This document shows, in pieces, positions 40,040 to 49,996 of a stretch of 64,000 nucleotides of DNA. The position numbers were made by a program, and so were the translations under genes. Each line of letters begins with the position of its first letter. Within the stretch, counting starts at the first letter, position 1. The DNA is from an archaeon. GTDB lineage: Archaea > Nanobdellota > Nanobdellia > Woesearchaeales > GCA-2686295. The DNA lies in the NCBI GenBank assembly GCA_043822105.1, contig JBDRCD010000009.1, positions 67,098-131,097 of the forward strand, in the 5' to 3' direction. A model generated the notes under the pieces. That model ran no database searches. It was not told the DNA's origin and saw only the letters and a program-made list of their open reading frames with translations.

Positions 40040-41149
40040 ATGACAGAAACAAAAGTATCTGCGAAAGCAAGGTTCAAACTGAAGAGTTTTGTGAAGGAGT
40101 TAGAAAACTTCAGAGGAAGACACACAGAATTAATTAGTGTGTACATTCCTGCAGGCTATGATATTAACAAAATTATGAATCACTTGTTTCAGGAACAGGG
40201 AACAGCTTCTAACATCAAAAGTAAGGGAACCAGAGATAATGTTCAGACCAGTTTGGAAAAAATGATGCAGCATCTAAAACTTTATCCGAGAACGCCTGTA
40301 AATGGTCTTGCACTTTTCTCAGGCAATGTTGCGGAAAGGGAAGGGCAGCAGAACTTTCAGGTTTGGAGCATGGAACCGCCGGTTCCGTTAAAACAAAGAC
40401 TCTATCGTTGCGATAAGGCATTTGTTTTAGATCCATTGATTGAACAGGCAGATGATAAATCAGTTTATGGTCTTGTCGTGATGGACAAGCGGGAAGGAAA
40501 CATTGCACTTCTCAAAGGAAAAATAATAATTCCACTTAACAAAGCTCACTCTGCGGTTCCAGGAAAGACAAGGGCAGGAGGACAGTCTGCACCTCGTTTT
40601 GAAAGATTAAGGGATGGTGCGGCAAAAGAGTTCTATAAAAAAATTGCTATGATGATGCAGGCAGAATTTCTGCAAAACCATGATTTGAAGGGAATAATCA
40701 TTGGAGGACCAGGTCATACAAAGAATGAATTCGCAGATGGTAATTACATAAACGATCAGCTAAAAAGAAAAATTCTGGGACTTAAGGATTTATCCTACAC
40801 AGGAGAATTTGGTCTTCAGGAGTTGCTTGACAAGTCAGATGACATACTGGCTGAAGAAGACGTTGCTCAGGAAAAACATATAATGCAAAAATTTTTCAAT
40901 CTACTCGCAACAAAGCAGGGAATGACCAACTACGGGGAAAAAGAAGTTATGAATGACATAAAGATGGGAGTTGCAGAGACTGTTTTAATTTCAGAAAATG
41001 TCTCTGATGAAACAATTGATGAATTTGAAAAAGAAGCTGAGAAGATGGGCAGTGAAGTGGTAATAGTTTCAACGGATACCAGAGAAGGAGTGCAGCTTCG
41101 GGACCTTGGTAAAATCGCTGCAATTCTAAGATACGAAGTTCAGAGATAG
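40040..41149 (+). CDS. prf1: peptide chain release factor aRF1
   Basis: NIKS motif (NIKSKGTR) and GGQ motif (GGQSAPRF). Confidence 0.9.
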   Translation: MTETKVSAKARFKLKSFVKELENFRGRHTELISVYIPAGYDINKIMNHLFQEQGTASNIKSKGTRDNVQTSLEKMMQHLKLYPRTPVNGLALFSGNVAEREGQQNFQVWSMEPPVPLKQRLYRCDKAFVLDPLIEQADDKSVYGLVVMDKREGNIALLKGKIIIPLNKAHSAVPGKTRAGGQSAPRFERLRDGAAKEFYKKIAMMMQAEFLQNHDLKGIIIGGPGHTKNEFADGNYINDQLKRKILGLKDLSYTGEFGLQELLDKSDDILAEEDVAQEKHIMQKFFNLLATKQGMTNYGEKEVMNDIKMGVAETVLISENVSDETIDEFEKEAEKMGSEVVIVSTDTREGVQLRDLGKIAAILRYEVQR

Positions 41150-41151
41150 AA

Positions 41152-41805
41152 ATGAATATAGCGGAGCAAGCATTCAAAGAGTTATTTCCTGATAAGAAAT
41201 TAAATACTGTTAGGATAGAATATTCTAATAAATTCAAAGCCTACAATGCAAATGTGAAGTATAATAACAGACAAACCGTCTTTAATCTTTCTTCTGTTTG
41301 GAAAGATGTTTCTGAAGAAATACAAATTGGTTTGATACAGAGTTTACTTCTTAAGATTTTCAAAGATAAAAAAAGAACATTGAACATTGAGCTTTATAAT
41401 CAGTTTTTGAAAAATTTACCTAAATACGCTTCGCCACAAAAAATAAATTCTTTCTTAGAAAAAGTGTTTAATAGAGTAAATAAAAAATATTTTCATAACT
41501 TCATGGACACACCTAATTTAGTTTGGGGTCGAGAATCATTTCATAAACTAGGAAGTTATGAATATGCCTCGGACACAATAACAATAAGCACAGTAATAAA
41601 AGAAGAACAGAATTTACTTGACTATGTAATGTATCATGAGATGCTACATAAGAAGTTTAAGTTCGCAAGCAAGAACGGAAGGAATTATCATCACACTGCA
41701 GAGTTCAGAAGAGAAGAAAAAAAGTTCGAAGACCTCGATGCAGAGAAGAAACTAACGAGTTTTCTTAGAAAGAAAAGGTTTAAGAAAGCGTTTAGGTTTT
41801 TTTAA
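41152..41805 (+). CDS. DUF45/YgjP-like HExxH metal-dependent hydrolase
   Basis: C-terminal YVMYHEMLHKKF...NYHHTAEF pattern; starts 3 nt after the aRF1 stop. Confidence 0.45.
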   Translation: MNIAEQAFKELFPDKKLNTVRIEYSNKFKAYNANVKYNNRQTVFNLSSVWKDVSEEIQIGLIQSLLLKIFKDKKRTLNIELYNQFLKNLPKYASPQKINSFLEKVFNRVNKKYFHNFMDTPNLVWGRESFHKLGSYEYASDTITISTVIKEEQNLLDYVMYHEMLHKKFKFASKNGRNYHHTAEFRREEKKFEDLDAEKKLTSFLRKKRFKKAFRFF

Positions 41806-41807
41806 AA

Positions 41808-42209
41808 TTATTCTTTTATTTTATTTATAATCTGTTTTACTTCATCTTCAAAAGCAAGATTCAGATTGAAGATTTCATCGACTGGAATCCATTTGAACTC
41901 TTCTATGCTTTTCGAATCCTTTCTTATTTTCGGGTTTCCAATTATTTTACCGATGAAATAAAGACAAATGGTTGGTTTGTCTTCTTCTTTATATTGTAAA
42001 GTAAAAAATTTAGAATTGTATTTGACTCCTAGATCGGCATAAACTTCGTCTTTTATTGCTTTAAATGGGTCCTTTTCGTTTTCTAAAGCTCCAAATCCAC
42101 CAGGCAAAGCCCATTTACCAGTATGAGGTTCTCTTTTTCTTTTTATCATTAATATTTCTTCAAAATTCCTTCGATGAATTATTGATATTAGAATTATTCT
42201 GTATTTCAT
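41808..42209 (-). CDS. NUDIX-family hydrolase (degenerate Nudix box)
   Basis: GKWALPGGFGALENEKDPFKAIKDEVYADLG resembles GX5EX7REUXEEXGU. Confidence 0.45.
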   Translation of the reverse strand: MKYRIILISIIHRRNFEEILMIKRKREPHTGKWALPGGFGALENEKDPFKAIKDEVYADLGVKYNSKFFTLQYKEEDKPTICLYFIGKIIGNPKIRKDSKSIEEFKWIPVDEIFNLNLAFEDEVKQIINKIKE

Positions 42210-42308
42210 TTTAAAAGCAAATAAACTTACAGATTATTAAAATTTTCTTTTCATTTCAATCAAAACATATTTAAATAGACTTTTTTTTCTTAAAAGTATT
42301 ATTATTAG

Positions 42309-42716
42309 GTGATATTCATGGGTGAAATTAAACATAAGAGTGTTGGAAGCTTACAGAAAGGCAATTACGTTATAATGGATGGTGCTGCTTGCATCGTGAC
42401 AGACTTGAAAACTTCAAGACCTGGAAAGCACGGACACGCCAAAGTTAATATGACTGCGGTTGGTATGATTGACGGCAAAAAAAGAAATACTGTCATGCCA
42501 GGACATGATAACGTAGAAACACCCGTTATTGACAAAAAAAATGCTCAAGTGTTAAGTGTAACAGGAAACACAGCAAATGTCATGGATATGGAGTCCTATG
42601 AAACCTTTGACGTCGTAATTCCACCTGATATGGAAGGACAGGTACAAAATGGTGTCACCATTGTCTATTGGGTTGTATTGAACGATAAAATACTAAAACA
42701 GATTAAGAGCGAATAA
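42309..42716 (+). CDS. eif5a: translation initiation factor 5A (aIF5A, hypusine-containing)
   Basis: Hypusination loop TSRPGKHGHAKV; 130 aa. Confidence 0.85.
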   Translation: MIFMGEIKHKSVGSLQKGNYVIMDGAACIVTDLKTSRPGKHGHAKVNMTAVGMIDGKKRNTVMPGHDNVETPVIDKKNAQVLSVTGNTANVMDMESYETFDVVIPPDMEGQVQNGVTIVYWVVLNDKILKQIKSE

Positions 42717-42717
42717 A

Positions 42718-42877
42718 ATGGTCAAATTTCCAGAAGCAGAAGCAAGGCTTTTCAAAAATATCTTTGTATGCAAGAAATGTAAATCTAAAATCAGAGCTCC
42801 AAGCCTGAAAGTTGCGGCAGGTAAGGTGGCTTGCAGAAAATGTGGTGCAAAAGCGCTTAGAACTGTCAGGAAAAAAT
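42718..42877 (+). CDS. rpl40e: ribosomal protein L40e
   Basis: 52 aa ORF not in the supplied track: MVKFPEAEARLFKNIFVCKKCKSKIRAPSLKVAAGKVACRKCGAKALRTVRKK. FPEAEAR plus a C..C...C.KCG Zn ribbon are typical of L40e. Starts 2 nt after aIF5A. Confidence 0.55.
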
Positions 42878-42915
42878 AGCAAATCTTTTAAACTTCTACT
42901 TTTCTAAAGAGAATT

Positions 42916-44328
42916 ATGGGTTTTTTATCCAATAATGCAATAACCATAATATTTTATCTAGTGGTCTTCTTCATAATCTACAGGAATAGAAAGAAATTTG
43001 AAGTGCAGTCAAAGATTTTTTTCCTCTACAAAACAAAAATAGGCCTTAAATTTATGGAGAAAATGGCCCAACCATTATCCAAAAAACTTGATAATTTTGG
43101 GGGAATACTGTTCAATAGCAGTGGGTTGCTGGTGATGGTTACAACTGTTTTTCTGATTATAAACAGATTCAACGAAGCTTTCCTGGCAAGCATTATTAGA
43201 AACATACTGTTTTTGTTTGCAATATCATTCATAATCTTCTTAATTGCAGTCATCGGTTTCAAACAATTTAAGAAAGCAGGAGCGATGGGTATATACGTTG
43301 GTTTTGCAGGAATGATAATCATAACAGGATTCATATTTCAAGGAATCTATAATCTTGTATTTAAACCGTCTGCACCAGCTGTTTTGAGTCCAATAATACC
43401 AGGAATAAGTATTCCGGGTAGCCCAATTGATGTTCCTCTTTTCTATGGTATAATTGCTTTGTTCGTTGTGATTGTAATTCACGAGTTTTCTCACGGATTG
43501 ATTTGCAGGGTTCACAAACTGAAAGTCAAGAGTTCAGGAGTTGGAATAATGGCGATTCTGCCTTTGGCTTTTGTAGAGCCTGATGAGGATGAGCTCAAGA
43601 AAGCAGATTGGAAAGTCCAAAACTCGATGTTTGCTGCAGGACCATTTTCAAACATACTTACAGCGATTTTTGTTCTGTTACTGATGAGTTTTGTGTTTGT
43701 TCCTTTAACATTCTCTTTGACAGAACCTGTTGATAACGGTGTGATGGTTTTTGCGGTTGAAGGTGAACCTGCCTATGATTCAAACATTGGAACTCAAGGA
43801 ATGATGATTCTCAAACTTGACGTTTTGAGCAGATATGCTGTTGCCGATAAGAATTCAAATATAGGTTCAGATGGTGGTAGACTGATAACTTCAGTTAATG
43901 GAGTTGAAACGCTCACCGTAGAAGATTTTATAACTGCATTTGATGGTCTTGAACCTGGCAAGGAATTAATACTTTCTAATGCAGAGGAATCTTTTTCAAT
44001 AATTCCAAGAGATAATGATGGCCGAGCATATGTGGGTGTGAACATAGCCTATCTGCAGTTGAAAGAAGGTTCAAGCAAATTACTGTTTCAGTTCATGGTA
44101 ATAGTTCTTGAATTGTTTATTTGGATATATGCTCTCAGCTTTGGTCTTGGACTTGCAAACCTTCTACCTCTAGGACCTGTTGATGGTGGCAGAATGCTTC
44201 ATTCCACACTTGATAAAGGGGTTGGAAAGAAAAGAGCATTGATAGTTTTTTCAAGAATAACAGCTTTCTTTTTGATATCAATAGTGGTTTTAATACTTGT
44301 GCCTATTTTCAAAGAAGTTGTATTCTAA
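42916..44328 (+). CDS. site-2 protease (M50 family) with a PDZ-like domain
   Basis: HEFSHGL in a TM helix; LPLGPVDGGRMLHS motif; PDZ-like segment between them. Confidence 0.75.
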   Translation: MGFLSNNAITIIFYLVVFFIIYRNRKKFEVQSKIFFLYKTKIGLKFMEKMAQPLSKKLDNFGGILFNSSGLLVMVTTVFLIINRFNEAFLASIIRNILFLFAISFIIFLIAVIGFKQFKKAGAMGIYVGFAGMIIITGFIFQGIYNLVFKPSAPAVLSPIIPGISIPGSPIDVPLFYGIIALFVVIVIHEFSHGLICRVHKLKVKSSGVGIMAILPLAFVEPDEDELKKADWKVQNSMFAAGPFSNILTAIFVLLLMSFVFVPLTFSLTEPVDNGVMVFAVEGEPAYDSNIGTQGMMILKLDVLSRYAVADKNSNIGSDGGRLITSVNGVETLTVEDFITAFDGLEPGKELILSNAEESFSIIPRDNDGRAYVGVNIAYLQLKEGSSKLLFQFMVIVLELFIWIYALSFGLGLANLLPLGPVDGGRMLHSTLDKGVGKKRALIVFSRITAFFLISIVVLILVPIFKEVVF

Positions 44329-44658
44329 TTATGTTTTTTTCTTTTTGTCAAAATACTTCTTAACTTTCAGAATGATTTTAGGAGAAGCGCTTGCTCCCAG
44401 TTTATAATAAACTTTTTCAGCAGTTTGTCCCCATGAATAGTCTCCTTTCTCGGTTTTTATATCAGCGACCTCAAATTCGCCTGTTGCGACACCTTTTTTT
44501 AGATGGTAGTAAATAACCCTTTGGGTTGCTTTTGGAAATAGCTCCAAATATACTTTGTGCACATCATATCCGCATCCTTTACCCATGAAATGGAGAATTT
44601 CTACTATGTTCTGTCTAATGTAGCTTCCAATTGGTCTGCCTGCGTTCATATTTTGCAA
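44329..44658 (-). CDS. PadR-like winged-helix transcriptional regulator
   Basis: GYDVHKV...RVIYYHLKKG...AEKVYYKL pattern. Confidence 0.4.
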   Translation of the reverse strand: MQNMNAGRPIGSYIRQNIVEILHFMGKGCGYDVHKVYLELFPKATQRVIYYHLKKGVATGEFEVADIKTEKGDYSWGQTAEKVYYKLGASASPKIILKVKKYFDKKKKT

Positions 44659-44767
44659 TATTGAAACTAATTATATAAATTTTGCGCAAACAAAATTTAT
44701 GTTCAAAAACCTTTTTTTGGTTTTTGTAATATAAAGTTTTTTATAATCTTTTTATTTTAAAGATAAT

Positions 44768-45703
44768 ATGTACCTATATTTTTTGAACAAACAGAACCTT
44801 GATCTTAGCATTGCAGAAGTTCTAGCACTTGCTAAAACAGATTCCTTCAAGATGGTTGATAACTGTCTGCTCATGGATGAACTGATAGATTACAAACGTC
44901 TCGCCTATACCAAGAGAGTCTATAGGTTGTTATTTGAAACCGATAAAGAAGGGTTGGTGGAAGCGGTTAATTCGTTTGACTTTAATAGTGTTTACAAAGA
45001 AAGCTTTCGTCTCAGGTTTATCAACAATGAGGATTTTGACGTTGAAGCTCTTGCCAATATGATTTGGCAGAATCTGACAAAACCAGCTGTCAATATGCGT
45101 GATGCCAAGACAAAGATTGATATAATTGTTTGTGAAAAAGTATTCTGTGGTCTAATACTTGGAGAACAACAGGACAGATTTGAAGATAGAAAGGCACATC
45201 TACGACCCCATAATCATCCCACAAGTCTCCACCCCAGACTTGCCAGATGTTTGGTTAATCTGATCAATTCTGACAATCTGATTGATCCTTTCTGTGGTTC
45301 AGGAGGAATAATGATAGAAGCAGGGCTTATTGGTCTTAAAATAACTGGCTATGATACTGATGAAATAATGCTCAGGAGAGCCAAGGAAAATCTTGATTTT
45401 TTTGAAATAAAGAATTATGTTTTGGAAAACCACGATGCTTTGAGAATAGATAAGGATTTTGGCGGGATAGTAACTGATTTGCCCTATGGAAAGAACTCGA
45501 AGGTCAACAACATGGAAAAAACATTTTCTGAATTTCTAGAAAATTCTTACCATTTTGTTGACAATGCAATTGTAGTGTTTCCTGATTTTGCAAATGCAAA
45601 GGTAATCATTGAAAAAACTGATTGGAAAATAAAAAATAGTTTCACATACTTTGTGCATAAAACATTGACAAAAGAAATATTTGTTCTAGCTAAACATTCC
45701 TAG
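44768..45703 (+). CDS. trm11: tRNA (guanine10-N2)-methyltransferase, Trm11/Trm-G10 family (THUMP + MTase)
   Basis: DPFCGSGGIMIEA SAM motif and VTDLPYG (DPPY); N-terminal THUMP-like region. Confidence 0.65.
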   Translation: MYLYFLNKQNLDLSIAEVLALAKTDSFKMVDNCLLMDELIDYKRLAYTKRVYRLLFETDKEGLVEAVNSFDFNSVYKESFRLRFINNEDFDVEALANMIWQNLTKPAVNMRDAKTKIDIIVCEKVFCGLILGEQQDRFEDRKAHLRPHNHPTSLHPRLARCLVNLINSDNLIDPFCGSGGIMIEAGLIGLKITGYDTDEIMLRRAKENLDFFEIKNYVLENHDALRIDKDFGGIVTDLPYGKNSKVNNMEKTFSEFLENSYHFVDNAIVVFPDFANAKVIIEKTDWKIKNSFTYFVHKTLTKEIFVLAKHS

Positions 45704-47386
45704 AAAGTTCTTTGCGGTTCTAAGAGCAATGGTTGATTCTTCGATATCTGTATCTTCTCCCATTTCTATTTTCAGCTTTATTTCATAAACATTTTTTATT
45801 TCTTCAAGGAAAGGTATTCTTACGGATGATTCCTGCAGTCCTTTTATTGCTTTCTCAAAGGAATGTGGTTTGCTATTAACAACCTCCAGATGCTTTTTTT
45901 TCAACGCACCATAGATTGCTTCATAGCTTTTTATTACTATTTTCTTAGTCATTTCAACTGCTTCGTCCAGTTGATCTTTTTCTTCAGCATCCGGTTTTGG
46001 AATTGGTATATCTGAAACTTTTTCTTCAGGTGATGGTTTATTTTTCTTTTTTTCTTCAAAATGTGAGAATATGAAATCATCACTATCTTCTTTTTCTTCA
46101 ATTGCTTCTTCAACATCTGGTTTTGAAATTTCTTCTTCCTCAGAAACAGGTTCTGCCCAGGAAGATTCTTCCTGTTCAATTGTTTCCTCGTCTGTTTCTT
46201 CTTCGGCTGTGTCTTCTGTCCAGGATGTTGATTTTTCCTTCTTTTCTTTTGGTGGCTCAACAACAACATTTTTTTCCAGTTCATGTGCTTCAATCTCGTC
46301 CAGAACAGACAAATCATCGGCCAAATCAATTGAATCAATTTCCGGAGGAACTTTGTCTGGAACTTTTTCTTCTGGTTTTGATGTTGCAATTGATGTTTCT
46401 GTAATTAGCTCTTCGGTTATTTCTTCATCTTTTTCTTTAATTAATATTCTGTTTACAAATAATAAATAGATTTTATTTTTTGTTATGCTAATAAACAATT
46501 TGACTGGCTTTTCAATTAAACCTTCAACTTTTTTTGTAATTCTGGCAAGTTCTTCAATGTCCTTGTCATTTAGCTTTTGAACGTCTCCTTTTTCTCTCAA
46601 ATCTTTCTTTGTCAAATTATTATCTCTCATGTGTCGCACAAAGAAGAATTCCTGATTGTTTATTTTAGTGTTTTTTACTGCTAATGTATCCTTATCGAAG
46701 ACGGAAACATCTTTTTCGAATTCTTCTTCATAATCCTGATATCCATAGAAAGTCTTTACCACAATGCTGGTTTTGTCTGAAAATGTTTGTGCAGAAACAT
46801 CTGCTTCTGTCATTCTTTGGACAATAACACCTATTTTTTCTTCTGTGGTTATATCTTCTTTTTTTCTATATTTTAATGCAGCGGGTGTGTATAAAGAACT
46901 CCAACAACTTTTTATTGCCTTAAACAAAGCAGGTTTTCCTTTTACATTCTGAATTATACTATTGTTATTCTCTGAATCATCAACATAGTTCGGACTGCCT
47001 ATTACTGTTAAATATGGTTTGTCAATGGTTGTTACCAGTTTTGCGATGTCAAGATGATCTATATCTATTGCCAGTGTTTCATAGGCCTCCATTAGTTCAT
47101 CCTGACTTTGTTGTGAGAATTCTGTTTTGTCAAATAATTCTTTTATTTTTGTATAGGCTGCTTCAAGCGATTCATCGTTTGAAAAATCCGATTCACTTAT
47201 TATTCTGTTAATCTGTGAATTAAGGTTGTTACCGGATACAAAATCATCAAAAAGAGTTGATTTTATTACAAAGCATATTGGAATGTTTAGTTTCTTTTTG
47301 TGCAGTTCTGCAAGATCGACTGCTTTGTATCCTACCACTTCTACATCTGACTTGTTTATCTTGTTAAGTGTTAATGTGTTATCCAT
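45686..47386 (-). CDS. protein with degenerate PEP-utilizing-enzyme N-terminal (PPDK_N, ATP-grasp-like) domain, long acidic low-complexity region and C-terminal helical domain
   Basis: VVGYKAVDLAEL...PICFVI, CWSSLYTPAALKYRKK and IGVIVQRM match PPDK_N; the AVRSSA..ED region is degenerate; ~150 aa E/D/K-rich segment. Confidence 0.45.
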   Translation of the reverse strand: MDNTLTLNKINKSDVEVVGYKAVDLAELHKKKLNIPICFVIKSTLFDDFVSGNNLNSQINRIISESDFSNDESLEAAYTKIKELFDKTEFSQQSQDELMEAYETLAIDIDHLDIAKLVTTIDKPYLTVIGSPNYVDDSENNNSIIQNVKGKPALFKAIKSCWSSLYTPAALKYRKKEDITTEEKIGVIVQRMTEADVSAQTFSDKTSIVVKTFYGYQDYEEEFEKDVSVFDKDTLAVKNTKINNQEFFFVRHMRDNNLTKKDLREKGDVQKLNDKDIEELARITKKVEGLIEKPVKLFISITKNKIYLLFVNRILIKEKDEEITEELITETSIATSKPEEKVPDKVPPEIDSIDLADDLSVLDEIEAHELEKNVVVEPPKEKKEKSTSWTEDTAEEETDEETIEQEESSWAEPVSEEEEISKPDVEEAIEEKEDSDDFIFSHFEEKKKNKPSPEEKVSDIPIPKPDAEEKDQLDEAVEMTKKIVIKSYEAIYGALKKKHLEVVNSKPHSFEKAIKGLQESSVRIPFLEEIKNVYEIKLKIEMGEDTDIEESTIALRTAKNFLGMFS

Positions 47387-47488
47387 TTGTAGTCCTCTAT
47401 ACTCGAGAATATGTATTGAGTTTATTTAAACTTTATGATTTTTAAATAATTTATTTCAAGAAGTTTCTCTTTTTTTGAATCCAGAAAT

Positions 47489-48280
47489 TTACTTCAGAAA
47501 TTTTTTGGCTTCTTCAACTGTTTTGTTATCAAAAACAACTGCGTGTAGTGCTTTTGTCAGACTGAAGGGTTTCTCATCCTGCCAAATGTTTCTTCCGACA
47601 GCTCTGCCTGTAGCTCCTATTTGCATCAGATTATAGGTCTCTTCTATAAAAGCTTCTGGACTGACTTTATCACCGCCTGAAAGAACAACTTTTGTCTTGC
47701 CTGCGTTTTTTATAACCCATTTGAAACCCTCATAGTCTCCGTTAAATTTTGTTTTTATTATATCTGCACCCAGTTCTGCTGCGACTCTTACACCGTAGGC
47801 AATGAGATTTGTATCCATTTTGTTAGAAACATATTTTCCTCTTGGATAAACCCAAACGATTACTGGAATTCCGTAGTCATGAGCTTTTTCAACGATGTTG
47901 CTGATTTCAACCATCATCTCGTCCTCATACTCACTTCCACAGTAGAAAGTGTATCCGACTGCAGAAGCACCAAGTTTCATGGCTCTTTCAACAGAACAAA
48001 GCTGTTTGGAATTGGGTTCTCCGTGGGTCATCATTGTCTGTCCATTGAGTTTGACGATTAGAGGAATGTCCTTATAGTAGTCCTGATAGTACTTCTCTGC
48101 AATTCCAGCCTGAAGCACTATTCCGTTGTAATGACCTTCAAGCGCTATGTCAAGTATGTAGTTTGGATCAACATTTTTTAGATTGAAATCACTGGGACCA
48201 TGCTCCATACCCTGGTCGTATGCCAGGTAAATAGCTTTTCCTTTTTTAAGAATCTTATTGATCTGAATAGTCATGTACAC
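47489..48280 (-). CDS. fbaB: class-I fructose-bisphosphate aldolase, DhnA/FbaB family (or the related ADTH synthase)
   Basis: IYLAYDQGMEHGP N-terminus; Schiff-base Lys region IIKTKF; 263 aa. Confidence 0.65.
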   Translation of the reverse strand: MYMTIQINKILKKGKAIYLAYDQGMEHGPSDFNLKNVDPNYILDIALEGHYNGIVLQAGIAEKYYQDYYKDIPLIVKLNGQTMMTHGEPNSKQLCSVERAMKLGASAVGYTFYCGSEYEDEMMVEISNIVEKAHDYGIPVIVWVYPRGKYVSNKMDTNLIAYGVRVAAELGADIIKTKFNGDYEGFKWVIKNAGKTKVVLSGGDKVSPEAFIEETYNLMQIGATGRAVGRNIWQDEKPFSLTKALHAVVFDNKTVEEAKKFLK

Positions 48281-48323
48281 ACCCCTTTTTATATGTTAAA
48301 TACTTATTGTTTTTAAACTTTTC

Positions 48324-49304
48324 TTATGATTTTACCTTCTTTATCTTTCTTTTGTCTTTTTTGAGTTTTTTAAGTAAATCATTTTTTGACAATAATATGT
48401 TCTTTGCACCATAGTTTTGAATTACTGACTCTGCATTTATGGCAGCTATTTTTAGACTGGTTTCAATGTTTTTATTCATTAAAAAACCTGCGACAAAACT
48501 TGACGCAAACGCATCTCCTGCACCGGTTGTTTCCAGAATCCTAAGTTTTTTTGCTGGACTTATGCTGTACAGTGTTTTTCCATCGTAGCAAAAGGCGCCT
48601 TTTTGTCCGTCTGTCACAACAACCGCTTCCATGTTTGGCAGTTTAAGTCTTTTTACCAAATCTTTTATGCCTCCTTTTCCAACCAGTGTTTCTGCTTCTT
48701 CTTTGTTCAGCATAAAAATGGTTGTGTTTTCAAGTACTTTTTTTATATTGGAAAAACCTTTTTCAACAAGGTATGATGAAGCGTTGAATGCAACTTTTAT
48801 ATTGTTCTTGGTGGCATATTCAGCCAGTTTTTTCATGGTTTCAAGACTTTTTCCCATCATGCTGCTGAAATAGAACCACTTTGTTTTCATCTTTGAAAAA
48901 TTGACTTCTTTGAAAGTCAGGTCATTGTTGCATCCTTTGTAGGTGAGTATTGTTCTGTCGTTTTCTATTGAATCCAGAATCACAGAGTACCCTGATATTT
49001 TTCCCAACGTTCCGAGAAAATCAATATTTTCTTTCTTTAGAAGCTTGAAAATTTTAAGTCCGTTTTCATCCTTTCCAATCTTTCCAAGATAACCTGTCTT
49101 CATTCCCAGACGAGAAAATGCCACTGCAGTGTTTGTTCCACCGCCACCAATCATAAATTCTATATCTGTTATTAGAATCTTTGTTCCAAGGGGATATGCC
49201 AGCAGTTCTTCCACTCCTGTTTTGCTTTTTATTTCTATTAGCTCAGAATCTGTTTTTGCAAATACATCAACAGTGTTAGAACCAACTGTTATTACATCAA
49301 ACAA
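48324..49304 (-). CDS. PfkB-family carbohydrate kinase (possible 6-phosphofructokinase or nucleoside kinase)
   Basis: GGGGTNTA N-terminal motif and TTGAGDAF C-terminal motif. Start is placed at a TTG preceded by AAGGAGGTG; the longer ATG ORF would overlap the upstream gene by 26 nt. Confidence 0.6.
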   Translation of the reverse strand: MFDVITVGSNTVDVFAKTDSELIEIKSKTGVEELLAYPLGTKILITDIEFMIGGGGTNTAVAFSRLGMKTGYLGKIGKDENGLKIFKLLKKENIDFLGTLGKISGYSVILDSIENDRTILTYKGCNNDLTFKEVNFSKMKTKWFYFSSMMGKSLETMKKLAEYATKNNIKVAFNASSYLVEKGFSNIKKVLENTTIFMLNKEEAETLVGKGGIKDLVKRLKLPNMEAVVVTDGQKGAFCYDGKTLYSISPAKKLRILETTGAGDAFASSFVAGFLMNKNIETSLKIAAINAESVIQNYGAKNILLSKNDLLKKLKKDKRKIKKVKS

Positions 49305-49365
49305 ACAAACACACCTCCTTTTAGCATAAATAGTTACGGCATAGTATAAATATTTAACGAAAGCT

Positions 49366-49959
49366 CTAATATGGAGTTCCTTTTCCTCCACGCCAGGGTT
49401 TATTCTCAGGGTATGGAGTTTTTAGTTTCAGAAATTTCTTGACTTCCCTGTTCACATCATAGCATTTCTTGTAAAGCTCAAGCCTATGTGCTTCCCAGTA
49501 AGGTTTGTAGATTCTTTCTCTGAAAAATTTATCGAAATGTTTCAATATTGTGTGATTCTGCCACCTGTTCGTATAATCTAGCTGTAGCCATGCTTCGCAG
49601 AACATTGTTATGCTTCCTTTCCATGTTTTATGTTTTTTTCCGTCAACAACTATTTCAATTGTTTTCATCATCAAACATCTGACATCAAGCTTCATAAGAT
49701 ATCTTGTATATTGGCTATCATTAGGTATGAGTTGGAATCTCCACCAATATCTCATTTCTTTTCCAACATTGGGAACATCTCTTTGAAAGTAGAATTCCTC
49801 TGCCTCACCGCCTTTTGGATTCTCCCAGCCTTCTTCGTCAAAGAAATCATACATCATCTGGTAAAGACTTTTAAGATTGAAAATGCCGATATATTCTATC
49901 TCCCACTTGGCGACCCTTATGTCTCTTCTCCAGTCGCCTGGTCTGTAGGTTTTTGCCAT
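49366..49959 (-). CDS. hypothetical Trp/Tyr-rich protein
   Basis: 197 aa ORF; no recognisable motif; immediately upstream of the PfkB kinase. Confidence 0.35.
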   Translation of the reverse strand: MAKTYRPGDWRRDIRVAKWEIEYIGIFNLKSLYQMMYDFFDEEGWENPKGGEAEEFYFQRDVPNVGKEMRYWWRFQLIPNDSQYTRYLMKLDVRCLMMKTIEIVVDGKKHKTWKGSITMFCEAWLQLDYTNRWQNHTILKHFDKFFRERIYKPYWEAHRLELYKKCYDVNREVKKFLKLKTPYPENKPWRGGKGTPY

Positions 49960-49996
49960 TAGAATTTATTTTAGCTAAGTCTATATATAAAGTTTT

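Noticed and set aside
45949-46469. K-rich and S-rich ORFs (146 aa on the minus strand, 132 and 100 aa on the plus strand) overlapping the acidic linker of the PPDK_N protein
   Set aside because: They are alternative-frame translations of a repetitive GAA/GAT-rich coding segment. They have no start context, and the in-frame acidic region belongs to the larger gene.
49305-49391. Longer ATG-initiated version of the PfkB kinase ORF
   Set aside because: It would overlap the upstream gene by 26 nt. An in-frame TTG preceded by AAGGAGGTG at the right spacing gives a start that fits the conserved N-terminus (FDVITVGS...). The start remains uncertain.
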